A stretch of 64,000 nucleotides of DNA from Centroscyllium fabricii (lineage: Eukaryota): contig JBNRSN020000002.1 in NCBI GenBank assembly GCA_051313645.2, positions 516,832,001 to 516,896,000 on the forward strand. The letters are read 5' to 3'. Of this stretch, positions 35,363 through 46,921 are shown piece after piece. Position 1 is the stretch's first letter. Each line of letters opens with the position of its first letter. The translations under genes and the position numbers were made by a program. The notes beneath the pieces are model-generated. The model worked only from the letters and a program-made list of their open reading frames with translations, was not told where the DNA came from and searched no databases.

Positions 35363-35630
35363 TGTAATGATATCAGCAAACAGTGATCATGTTTGCCTGT
35401 TTGACTATCTATGCCTTACCAGCAGAGGGATCATAGTTACCTGTTTGATTATCTATGCCTGACCAGCAGAGGGCATGTGACAAGAAGCCAGTGCTGTATA
35501 AGAGGATCTCTAAGATGCAGTCTCTCTGAAAGCCTCATGTAAATAAGTAAGTTGCTTGTACATACTTTAGATTAAACAACATTCTCCTTCATCAATGTGT
35601 CGTGTTGGAACCCACATACAAAACAATACA
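35363..35630 (+). mobile_element. Solo LTR with internal ~43-bp tandem duplication
   Basis: TGTAATG...CAATACA termini, GGTAT TSD (35358-35362, 35631-35635), TATAA near 35497, ATTAAA at 35571. Confidence 0.82.
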
Positions 35631-36194
35631 GGTATCCAATATTGAAAAATGTTCCACTTTCTAATAATCAATTTTTTTGAGTTGAGATGTTCCAGACTGA
35701 ATATTTTCATGCAATAGCAGCTGTTAACCGGTTTGGAGAAACCATTAATAACATTTGTTACCAGATGTCTCATGGCCATGAAATTTAGGACTCGAGGGGG
35801 CGGGGGGAAAAAGGGCCGCTTAACTTGGGAGATGTTGTGCTTTTGGTTTATTAAAGGCTGATGCTAGTGCTGTCTCCTCTGAATCTTCTCTACTATAAGG
35901 AGAACAACCCCAGCTTCTCTCATGTAACTGAAGTCCCTCACAAGTCTCACCTGTTTGGTTGACAGTACCATCAAAAATAGATTTACCAAGATGAAGTTTG
36001 ACCACCGCAGAGAGCAGTTGTTACTGTGCTGGGTTTCACTAACCCCTGTTGGTTCTCTGAGCTCCTGAGGCTGGCCACTATAGTTGGATTTGGTACATTA
36101 CATTTTGTGCATTTAATAGGAATTGTATAATGGAGTATGAAATTGTTTAGAGCCTGATGATTACTTCTATTTTCTCATTTGCCCTGTGGTCAAG

Positions 36195-36250
36195 ATTCTG
36201 ACCTGAAAAACGGCCAATTCTGGAGCCTTGACTATGTCAAGATGGATGTG
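36195..36250 (+). other. Candidate 56-nt host exon
   Basis: Pyrimidine tract then AAG acceptor, donor GTG|GTACGT, one open frame (SDLKNGQFWSLDYVKMDV) with AAGATGG Kozak context. Confidence 0.3.
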
Positions 36251-36496
36251 GTACGTAAACTTTTCTTTCTTGTGGTGCAGGGCAGGGTCTCCCCTGCCCG
36301 TATTCTTCCCAGAATCCACCAGACACCGAACAGAGAATCATTACACCACCAATCATTTTGTTTAGCACCAAATTCCCACTTTGCTGTGTTATTGATGTTT
36401 AATTTAAATCATTGAATAAGCAAAGATTAACGACCATTGGTAAAATTATGTTCTAACACACAGAACAAAGGTTACATATAATATGGAGTTTGCAAT

Positions 36497-37322
36497 AACA
36501 TAGAAACATAGAAGATAGGAGCAGGAGTAGGCCATTCAGCCCCTCAAGCCTGCTCCACCATTCAGTGAGATCATGGCTGATCATCCAAATTCAGTACCCT
36601 GTCCCTGCCTTCTCCCCATATCCCTTGATCCCTTTAGCCTTAAGAAATATATCCAACTCCTTCTTGAATATATTTAATACATAGATGATAGGAGCAGGAG
36701 TAGGCCATTCGGCCCTTCGAGCCTGCTCCGCCATTCAATGAGATCATGGCTGATCCTTCAGTTCAGTATCCCGTCCCTGCCTTCTCTCCGTAACCTTTAA
36801 CCCCTTTTGCCTGCAGAAATATATCTAATTCCCTCTTAAATATATTCAATGAGCTGGCGTCCACTGCCCTCTGTGGTAGTGAGTTCCACAGGTTCACCAC
36901 TCTCTGGGTGAAGAAATTCCTCCTCATCTCTGTCCTAAATGGTTTAGCCCTTATCCTTAAACTGTGTCCCCTAGTTCTGTACTCTCCTGCCATCGGAAAC
37001 ATTCCTTCTGCATCTAGTCTGTCCAGGCCTGTCAGAATTTTATATGTTTCTATGAGATCCCCTCTCAATCTTCTAAACTCCAGTGTGTACATCCCCAAAC
37101 TACATAGTCTCTCCTCATAGGTCATTCCTGCCATTCCTGGTATCAGCCTGGTGAATCGCCGCTGCACTCCTTCCATGGCAAGAACATCCTTCCTCAGATG
37201 AGGCCTCCACTGCCTTCTGTGGTAGAGAATTCCACAGGTTCACCACTCTCTGGGTGAAGAAATTCCTCCTCATCTCTGTCCTAAATGGCTTACCCCTTAT
37301 CCTTAGACTGTGACCCCTGGCT
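36497..37322 (-). mobile_element. Stack of three CR1 3' fragments
   Basis: Two CR1 tails (36497, 36680), ORF 36763-37176, and a repeated C-terminal segment at 37200-37322. Confidence 0.88.
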
Positions 37323-37383
37323 CTGCGCTTGCTTTGCTGCAAATATTGTACCCTCCGTAATTAAAGGGTTAGCCAGTATAGTA

Positions 37384-37743
37384 CAGGTTGTGCACCGTTA
37401 ATCCGGTACCCGATAATTTGGCACTTTTAGTGGTCCGGCACGAATCCCACTGGCCGGCCCACGTGATCCCAGGGACGCTCGCGATCCGCGGGCCTCTCCC
37501 CGACTGGTCTGCGCATGCGCAGTGGCCATTTTGACTGGTCTGCGCATGCGCAGTGGCCATTTTGACTGGTCTGCGCATGCGCAGTGGCCATTTTGACTGG
37601 TCTGCGCATGCGCAGTGGCCATTTTGACTGGTCTGCGCATGCGCAGTGGCCATTTTGAATGGTCTGCGCATACGCTCCCCGAACCTTCAGTGGTCCGGCA
37701 CTGGCCTGGTCCCGAGGGTGCCGGATTAACGGTGTACAACCCA
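37384..37743. mobile_element. Tc1/pogo-type MITE
   Basis: TIR CAGGTTGTGCACCGTTAATCCGG / CCGGATTAACGGTGTACAACCCA, TA on both flanks. Confidence 0.88.
37502..37676. repeat. 31-bp minisatellite, five identical units plus a partial one
   Basis: Unit GACTGGTCTGCGCATGCGCAGTGGCCATTTT at 37502, 37533, 37564, 37595, 37626. Confidence 0.97.
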
Positions 37744-38589
37744 TACTAGGATTTAAAGAGTCCAGTGAACAGATTTTCAATGTTAATGCTGTCCAAAGAA
37801 TGCACTAACAAATAAAATTGCACTTAAATAAAATCTTTTATGTAATAAAACTAGGTTGACTTCAAGGCAGTTATCTGATCTGTGGTCTGTTTGTGGGTAC
37901 GATAGGGGTGGGGTGGGGTGTTGTGGGGGGGAGTGTGATCAGATGATATGGCTGTGATAAAGCTCGATCATTGCCAAATCTCTTGGGTCAACAGTCCCGA
38001 GCATCCATTTTAACTTTTAATAAACAGAAAATCAAAATTCTGTATTGAGTTATGTTGGGAGTGGTGACTGAATCAACATCTTTGTTTGATTTTCTGAGAT
38101 CCCATTCCAATGTGTACACAGGCCTTTCATGCTCCTGGCTTTCTTGAGTACTTTAATTGATTATTACAAGCTGTGATCTGTGAAGTGACCGGTCACAACA
38201 TGCAGTCCTTCCATTTTTTAAAGTAGACACATTGTTAGAAACGCCCTTTAAAATCCCAGAGCATCTTGACATCAGAACTGTTTTAATTAGTATCCTGGTA
38301 TATGCCCACAGACATGGGAGTAGGAATCTGCTGAGGTTGGTATGTTTTGTTGAAATTGCTAATGAGCAGGTCAAGAAGAGTGTATTAGTGTGCTGCTGGA
38401 TTCCATTTAAAACTGTGACTTTATTTCCAAGATTCAGTATCCTCATGTATGGTGTAGATATCTGGATAGAATAAAAAGTTATCCATGTGATGCATTGTTG
38501 GGTTAATTTCATAAACCATAGTAACCATTCAACTTGGTGTTGGCATTTCAATCTTTATGGGAAAAGTTTATTGTGCACTCTTCATGTTC

Positions 38590-40702
38590 GCGTGCAATAA
38601 GGGCGTAAGGGCGCAGCAGTTATCATAGGTGACTTTAATCTACATATCGATTGGTCTAACCAAATTAGTAACAATACTGTGGAGGAGGAATTCCTGGAGT
38701 GTATATGGGATGGTTTCCTGGAACAAGATGTTGAGGAACCAACTAGAGATCAGGCCATCTTAGACTGGGTATTATGTAATGAGCGAGGATTAATAAGCAA
38801 TCTTGTTGTGTGAGGGCCCTTGGGGTGGAGCAATCATAATATGATTGAATTCTTCATTAAGATGGAGAGTGAAGTATTTGACTCAGAGACTAGGGTCCTG
38901 AATTTAAATAAAGGAAACGACGATGGTATGAGGCGCGAGTTGCTAGGATGGATTGGGGAATGTTACTCAAAGGGTTGATGGTGGATACGCAATGGCAAAC
39001 ATTTAAAGATTGCATGGATGAACTACAGAATTTGTTAATCACTATGGCATAAAAATAAAACCGTGGCTAACAAGGGCAATTACGGATAGCATAAGATCCA
39101 AGGAGAGGACATATAAATTGGCCAGAAAAAGCAGCAAACCTGAGGATTGGGAGCTGTTTAGGATTCAGCAAAGGAGGACAAAGGGATTAATTAAGAGGGG
39201 GAAAATAGAGTATAAGAGTAAGCTTACAGGGAACATAAAAACTGACTGTAAAAGCTTCTATAGATATGTGAAGAGAAAAAGATTGGTGAAATCAAGCGTA
39301 GGTCCCTTGCAGTCAGAATCGGGGGAATTTATAATGGGAACAAAGAAATAGCAGACCAATTAAATCCATACTTTGGTTCTGTCTTCACAAAGGAGGACAC
39401 TAATAACCTCCCAGAGATGTTCTGGAACATAGGGTCTAATGAGAGAGAGGAACTGAATGAAATCAGTATTTGTACTGAAATGGTGTTAGGGAAATTGACG
39501 GGATTGAAGGCCGATAAATCCCCAGGGCCTGATAATCTATATTCTAGGGTACTTAAGGAAGTGGTCCTAGAAATAGTAGATGCATTGCTGGTCATCTTCC
39601 AAAATTCTATAGACTCTGGAACAGTTCCCATGGATTGGAGGGTAGCTAATGTTACCCCACTATTGGGAAAAAAAGGTGGTAGAGAGAAAACGGGGAGTTA
39701 TAGGTCTGACATCGGGGGAAAATGCTAGAGTCCATTATAAAAGATGTAATAGCAGAGCACTTGGAAAACTGTGACCGGATCGGAGAAACTCAACATGGAT
39801 TTACAAAAGGTAAATCGTGCTTGACTAATCTACTGGAATTTTTTGAGGATGTAACTGATAGAATAGATAAGGGAGAACCAGTGGATGTGGTGTGTTTGGA
39901 CTTTCAGAAGGCTTTCGATAAGGTCCCGCATAAGAGATTAGCATGCAAAAGTAAGGCACATGGGATTGGGGGCAAGATATTGACTTGGATAGAGAACTGG
40001 TTGGCAGACAGGAAGCAAAGAGTTGGAATAAATGGGTCTTTTTCCGAGTGGCAGGCAGTGACTAGTGGGGTATTGCAGGGATCTGTGCTAAGACCCCAGC
40101 TATTCATGATATATATTAATGATCTAGACGAGGGAACTAGATGTAATATCTCCAAGTTTGCAGATGACACAAAGCTGGGTGGGTGTGTGTGCTGTGAGGA
40201 GGATGCCGAGAAACTCCATTATGATTTGGACAGGTTGGGTGATTGGGCAGATGCAGTATAATGTGGATAAATGCGAGGTTATCCACTTTGGTGTCAAAAA
40301 CAGGAAGGCAGATTATTATCTGAACGGCAATAGATTGGGAGAAGGGGAAGTGCAATGAGACCTGGGTGTCCTTGTGCACCAGTCGCTGAAGGTAAGCATG
40401 CAGGTGCAGCAGGCAGTGAAAAAGGCAAATGGTATGTTGGCCTTTGTAGCGAGAGGGTTTGAGTACAGGAACAAGGATGTCTTGCTGCAGTTGTACAGGG
40501 CCTAGGTGAGACCACACCTTGCGTATTGTGTGCAGTTCTGGTCGCCTTATCTGAGGAAGGATGCTCTGACCATGGAGGGAGTTCAGCGAAGGTTCACCAG
40601 ACTGATACCTGGGATGACAGGAATGATGTATGAGGAGAGATTGGGTCGATTGGGCTTATACTCGCTGGAGTTTAGAAGAATGAGAGGAGATCTCATTGAA
40701 AA
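38590..40702 (+). mobile_element. CR1 LINE ORF2 remnant (APE C-half to RT), many stops and frameshifts
   Basis: IGDFN, KSPGPDN, QHGFTKGKSCLTNL, LDFQKAFDKVPH, KFADDTK. Confidence 0.92.
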
Positions 40703-41070
40703 ATATTTCAGTGTAGTAATTGACAAATGGCAAAATACTACAGAATGGTGCTGTCATTTTGCTGTGTGCAATCTGGTTGTTTTAAAATGACCAATTGCTT
40801 GCTGTGCACTTGCAACAGAATTTACCAATGCAGCAAAAGATCTATGGCCTGGCTTGAAACCATCAGTCATTTGGTCAATGTGTAGGTTCCCATTAGGACT
40901 TGGATAATCCAAGGGAAACGGTTGATATTCTGCAGAGCTGTAACAAAGCTCTTGTGCTTCATTTTACAGGCATTGATACTTCTGTGGTAGGTTTTGAAGT
41001 TGCCCATCCAAGTAGATAGTTGATGGGTGTAATTGTCATCTATTTAAATTTCTGGTCATTCTTAAAATTA

Positions 41071-41840
41071 TATTGGGCCAGAAATTCAGGTTGGAGGCTT
41101 CCCGCGAGTGCAAGCCTCCAACCCACACTTACGAAGCGTGCCGGCCATTCTTGATTCCACCATCCAGAAATCCCGATCCAGGGCCTTGCTGAGAGGGCCC
41201 CACGCCGTGCTGAACCATCTCGGCGTCTGAGATAGTGCGAAGCTTCCCGCGGGATCACGTCCGCGGGGAGCCAATCGGAGCGAAGAATGCTCCATTCATA
41301 AGTTTGACAGGAAGAGCTGACAAACTTATGAATACGACAAGCCCCAAAACCACACTAAACCTTAAAATATTATTTTTTTTAAATCTCATTTTTTAAAATA
41401 ACTAACAATGACACAAATTAGCAATTTTAAACAAAAATTAAAAATTTTGAAACTTTTTTTTGAAGTATTTTACGGGACTACAAATCAACTTGCCTTTCCT
41501 TAAAGTTTAAAAAAATGAAAAACCTGTGGGGGAAAAAATGCTTAATATGAATAAAATAAAGACTTGCCTGATGACATCCACTCCTTGCGCTTAAAATATC
41601 AGCCGTAAATATTTCAAATACTTGCCCTGATACAAAACGGTGAAAAAATCGGAAGTGCATTGCGCACCTCCTGCTGCGCAGGCGAACACGTTCTGGCTCC
41701 TGACCCCTTCAGTCAGGGGATCGGAATTGCCGGTTTCGAGAGCATGCGCAGTGCATGCCGGAAACCGGCGATTCCGAGGGGCCCACGCGTGAGTACACCG
41801 TCCGTACTCGCGTGTTGGGCCCCTAATTTCTGGGCCAATA
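41071..41840. mobile_element. Non-autonomous TIR DNA element, superfamily uncertain
   Basis: TATTGGGCCAGAAATT / AATTTCTGGGCCAATA inverted termini (one mismatch), CpG-rich ends, AT-rich core. Confidence 0.7.
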
Positions 41841-42121
41841 ACCTCTGTAGAATAAACGCTACATTTTCAATAACGCTCGCCCCATGGAAACACCTGGGCA
41901 TTGATTGAAAAGATTCTCTAGTTCTGATTTCAAGCTATCATGAGGTGAGGTATAGGTTTGCTTTCTGGCTCCAGTTAATTCTGGGAATGTTCTCCAATCC
42001 AGGATAACCATTCACTATTCTTTATATTTGTCATGATGTGGAGGTGCTGGTGTTGGACTGGGGTGGACAAATGTAAGAAGTCACACAACACCAGGTTATA
42101 GTCCAACAGTTTTATTTGAAA

Positions 42122-42156
42122 TCACAAGCTTTCGGAGCGCTGCTCCTTCGTCAGGT
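42122..42156 (-). ncRNA. Hammerhead ribozyme motif (core intact, stem I shortened by the tandem junction)
   Basis: - strand AC-CUGACGA-A-GGAGC-AGC-GCUCC-GAAA-GC-UU-GUGA. Confidence 0.7.
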
Positions 42157-43148
42157 TGTGGAGGTGCCGGTGTTGGACTGGGGTGGACAAATGCAAGAAG
42201 TCACACAACACCAGGTTATCGTCCAACAGTTTTATTTTAAATCATAAGCGTTCGGAGCGTCTGCTCCTTCCTCAGGTGAAAGAGAAGCTGACTTAAAGAA
42301 CGCACCTATGGAAGGGAGAGAGAAATCTGATCTCCCACATCTCACCTTAGCAAAGAGATAGACAGAGCACACAAAGGCGTATTAACATTTTAACAATGAG
42401 GCACAGTCTCAAGGGGTCAAATGCTGCAAAACACACTGATTTTTTAAAAAGGAATTTCCTTACAAGACAAAGATGTCTCTGATCTGGATGACTCTAGGTC
42501 AGGCAGGGTCACATGTAGCGTGACATGAAGCCGATATCACGGTTGAGACCGTCCTCATGGGTGTGGAATTTGGCTATCAGCTTCTGCTCGACGATTTTGC
42601 GTTGTCGTGTGTCTCGAAGGCCGCCTTGGAGAATGCTTACCCGAAGATCGGAGGCTGAATGTCCTTCACTGCAGATCTTCGGGTAAGCATTTTCCAAGGC
42701 GGCCTTCGAGAGACACGACAACGCAAAATCGGCGAGCAGAAACTGACAGCCAAGTTCTGCACCCATGAGGACGGTCTCAACCGTGATATCGGCTTTATGT
42801 CACGCTACATGTAACCCCACCTGACGTAGAGTCATCCAGACTCGAGTCGTCTTTGGCTTATCCTCACTACACAGATGTGGCTGTACCGGCTGCGATTTCC
42901 AGCAAGAAAAATCTTTTTTTTTTATTGTTCTGTGTTGGTTCTCACACAGACCCCAGACTGTGCAACATTTGACCCTTTGTGACTCCACTTCATTGTTCTT
43001 TGGATGGTGCCTGCATGACTGATCTGTTTAAACACCATTCACACCTTTGATTGCTATGAATGTCTCTCTGCCGAGGTGTGATGAAGGGCAGTTGGAAGGA
43101 TTACCTTGTTCGCCGACTATATATGCTGTGTCTTTATGCATCTCTATT

Positions 43149-43185
43149 ACACCTGACGAAGGAGCAGCGCTCCGAAAGCTTGTGA
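43149..43185 (+). ncRNA. Minimal type I hammerhead ribozyme motif
   Basis: CAC-CUGACGA-A-GGAGC-AGC-GCUCC-GAAA-GC-UU-GUG. Confidence 0.8.
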
Positions 43186-44249
43186 TTTCAAATAAAACTG
43201 TTGGACTGTAACCTGGTGTTGTGACTTTATATTTGTGGCTTAATTGATTAAACCAAAGTGGTAACTGAATTTTGTTCATCAGGTTTTATGTGTGGCAACA
43301 TTTTGTGTAATTTCGCGATTTTTTTTTTTAACCTTAAGAATTAGCGGGTAGTTGGAGTTCATGGCAAGCAACAAATCGGTTTGTGCTGCTCATGTTCTGG
43401 TTCTGTCCTTCTGAGAAAGTGGGTGGTATGTAGAAGGACATATAATATCCTCTTAATGGAATGAGCTTTGTCAGCAAAAACTAAGACTGCTGCTTCCAGG
43501 TGCCTGAACCAGCCTGCAGTGTGTTGTATTCCAGGAGCTGCAACAGCTGCATATTGTTGCCTTTTTGTCCATAGGAGTTATGGTTATTTCTCTCCCGCCT
43601 TTCAAAATGTGCATTATATGCCTTCGATGTGTCCATTGGCCAGCTCATCAAACCAAAATTTGTATATTGGAGAGATGACAAACCTTTACGATTGATTAAC
43701 ATTTGAAGCTTGAATATAACAACAGTACACTAAGCCCGACCCAGTGGTTCGTGGTGTGGCACTGAACCTCAGAAGATCTGAAGTGTCTCTTGTTTGACTC
43801 TGAGTTTGTGTGAAACTAGTTGGGTGTGATGAAATTTAACTGTCTCCCTTTGGGGTTGTGGGGATATGGGAAAGTGAGAAATCCAGCAGGATTCTTTCAC
43901 TTCTTTGCATTCTGGTGACCCTTTCTGCAAAGTTTGATGAGACCAGGATCAGACTTTGATGTGAAGCTTTCCTTGTTGAAGTAGCTTCTGAGTTTTGCTA
44001 ATTTGGCCTATTACGAATGGCAACTTGGGTAAAGTACCTGGGATTTCTGATGCCAGTGGAACCAAGCTTCAAAATGAGTGACTGACTTCAGGAGAGATGA
44101 TGAATTGCAGAAATTAATTTTATTCAAAGGATGTCAACAGGATACTAATGTGGATACAGGCACGTCAAGTAAAGTGGAACACCATTGAATAAATGGAAGC
44201 CTTTTACGTTTTGCAGACCAGAATACTGAATAAATTCGTCGCCTTTCCC

Positions 44250-44547
44250 TGTCTCTCTAACGTTCTTCAGCCATATAACCTCTGAGAAATCTGTGTTATG
44301 CCAATTCTGGCCATTTGTGCATCCCCCATTCCCGTCTCCCACCACAGGTGGCTGTGCCTTCAGCCATCAAGGTCCCAGGTTCTTGAAACCCTCCCTAAAC
44401 ATCTCTGCCTCTCATTTTAAAACCCTCATTAAAATATATCTCTTTGATCAAGCTTTTAGCCACCCCTTGATATTTGTCTGATTTATGCTTCTGTGAATTA
44501 CCTTGGATGTTTTCTATGTTAAAGGTGCAATATAAATGCAAGTTGTT
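44250..44547 (+). mobile_element. L2-type LINE 3' end
   Basis: GGCAFSHQGP..FKTLIKIYLFDQAF peptide; same tail as 18715-19025. Confidence 0.75.
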
Positions 44548-44747
44548 TGTCGTAAAACATAACTTTAGAAATAACTTGGGAATAGTTACTGGTTGGCCAG
44601 ATGAGGGCGGCGTCCGGGGAGTATAAATACTCGGGCATGGGCCCACCTTGGCCAGAGACTATCTGAAACCAGGAAGTGACTGCTAACTAGCTCTCTTTGT
44701 GTTGTGTTATAAGTCAACCAAGAGTGTAGTAAGTCTTTATTACGTCA
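44548..44747 (+). mobile_element. Solo LTR (200 bp)
   Basis: TGTCGTAA...TTACGTCA termini, TTGTT TSD (44543-44547, 44748-44752), TATAAAT at 44622. Confidence 0.82.
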
Positions 44748-46529
44748 TTGTTGTTGAATAGTACACTACAAAGACTGAACTAATGCAAGAAGTGCGACTT
44801 AAACAAAATGCTTGACAAAGTTTCTTTGTATTGGGCAAAATATTATTGGAAGTTTTCCAGTGGTTTTCCCGGGGTATAGTCCTGTAGAAAAGTTTGAAGG
44901 TAAGGCATTGGCTGTCTGACTTAATGAGTGCATATAATTCCAAGAAAAGACATTGAAATGATTGGTCTTGCATTATCTTTCTGATTTCCCCCCCCCCCAC
45001 CCCTGTAAGGAATCTGATGTGTTGCAAAAACCACTTAGCTTTTACAGTCCTCTTTCATGCCAATTTCTATTCTCTTAAATAGCAAGCTGATCTCTTTGTG
45101 TCACACTTCATTTAAGAACATAAGAAATAGGAGCAGGAGTCGGCCAGTCGGCCCCTCGAGCCTGCTTCGCCATTCAACAAGATCATGGCTGATCTGATCC
45201 TAACCTCAATTTTATTTTTAATCTCCATCCCGCCCAAACCCATGTGATCACCCGGGAGAGGCGAAAAACCAGATAAAAACCCAGTGGCCAATTTGGGAGA
45301 AAAAATCTGGGAAATTCCTCTCCGACCCATCTGGGCGATCGAAAACTGGTCCAGGAGATCACATGGCCGATCTGAACCTAGCCTCACGTCCACTTACCTG
45401 CCCGTTCACCATAACCCCTAATTCCCTTTACTTCCAGGAAACTGTCTATCTCTGTTTTAAATTTATTCAATGTATTAGCTTCCACAGCTCTCTGGGGCAG
45501 CAAATTTCACAGCCCCACCACCCTCTGAGTGAAGAAGTTTCTCCTCATCTCAGTTTTGAAATGGCAGCCCCTTATTTTAAGATTATGCCCCCTAGTCCTA
45601 GTTTCACCCACTATTGGGAACATCCTCACCGCATCCACCCAATCAGGCCCTCTCACAATCTTATATGTTTCAATAAGATCGCCTCTCATTCTTCTGAACT
45701 CCAATGAGTAGAGGCCCAATCTACTCAACCTCTCGTCATATGTCAGCCCCCTCATCCCCGGAATTAACCTAGTGAACCTTCTTTGCACTGCCTCGAGAGC
45801 AAGTATGTCCTTTCTTAAATATGGATACCAGAACTGCACGCAGTACTCTAGGTGTGGTCTCACCAATACCCTGTACAACTGCAGCATGACCTCCCTGCTT
45901 TTATACTCCATCCCCTTAGCAATAAAAGCCAACATTCCGTTGGCCTTCCTGACCACCTGCTGCACCTGCATACTAACATTTTGTGTTTCCTGCACCAGGA
46001 CCCCCAGATCCCTTTGCACTGAAGTACTTTCCAGTTTCTTGCCATTTAGACAATTAGCTCTGTTATTTTTCCTGCCAAAGTGCATAACTTCACACTTTCC
46101 AGTATTATATTCCATCTGCCAAATGTCTGCCCACTCACTTAGCCTATCTATGTCCTTTTGCAGGTTTTTAATGTCCTCCTCACTCATCACACTCCCTCCC
46201 ATCTTTGTGTCATCTGCAAACTTTGATACCTTGCACTTGGTCCCTTCCTCCAAATCATTAATATAGATTGTAAAGAGTTACGGTCCCAGCACCGACCCTT
46301 GCGGAACACCACTGGTCACTGATTGCCAGTCTGAGAACAAAACATTTATCCCAATTCTCTGTTTTCTGTTAGAAAGCCAATCCTCCACCCATGCCAGAAT
46401 ATTACCCCCAATCCTGTGATTTTTTTATCTTGAGTAATAATCTTTTGTGTGGCATCTTGTCAAATGCCTTTTGGAAGTCTAAATACACTACATCCACTGG
46501 TTCCCCTTTATCCACCTTACATAGAGAGA

Positions 46530-46921
46530 GAAACATAGAAGATAGGAGCAGGCCATTCGGCCCTTCGAGCCTGCTCCGCCATTCAATGAGATCATGGCTG
46601 ATCATCCAAACCCAGTACCCTGTCCCTGCCTTGTCCCCACATCCCTCGATCCCTATCGAACCTGCACCGACACATATCCCACCCTATCCCCGTAACCCCA
46701 CATATTTAATCCCCCTAACACTAAGGGTCAATTTATCATGGCCAATCTACCTAACCCGCACATCTTTGGACTGTGGGAGGAAACCGGAGCACCCGGAGGA
46801 AACCCACGCAGACACGGGGAGAATGTGCAAACTCCACACAGATAGTACCCGAGGCTGGATTTGAACCCGGGTCTCTAGTGCTGTAAGGCAGCAGTGCTAA
46901 CCGCTATGCCACCGTGCCGCC
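46530..46921 (-). mobile_element. HE1-type V-SINE
   Basis: Head, V-domain and CR1 tail. Confidence 0.92.

Larger units (their letters stand above)
42032..43224. mobile_element. Penelope-like element, inverted (foldback) structure with tandem pseudo-LTRs
   Basis: GIY-YIG C-terminus (GHSASDLRVSILQGG..RKIVEQKLIAKF.T..DGLNRDIGF), hairpin arms 42483-42649 / 42674-42840, TSD CTTTATATTTGT (42020-42031, 43225-43236). Confidence 0.9.

Noticed and set aside
37502-37676. CRISPR-like 31-bp palindromic repeats
   Set aside because: Units are head to tail with no spacers, inside a eukaryotic MITE, and no cas genes are present.
40970-40986. Possible 17-nt microexon (TTTTACAG|...GTG|GTAGGT)
   Set aside because: Good-looking sites, but too short and frame-shifting to support without transcript data.
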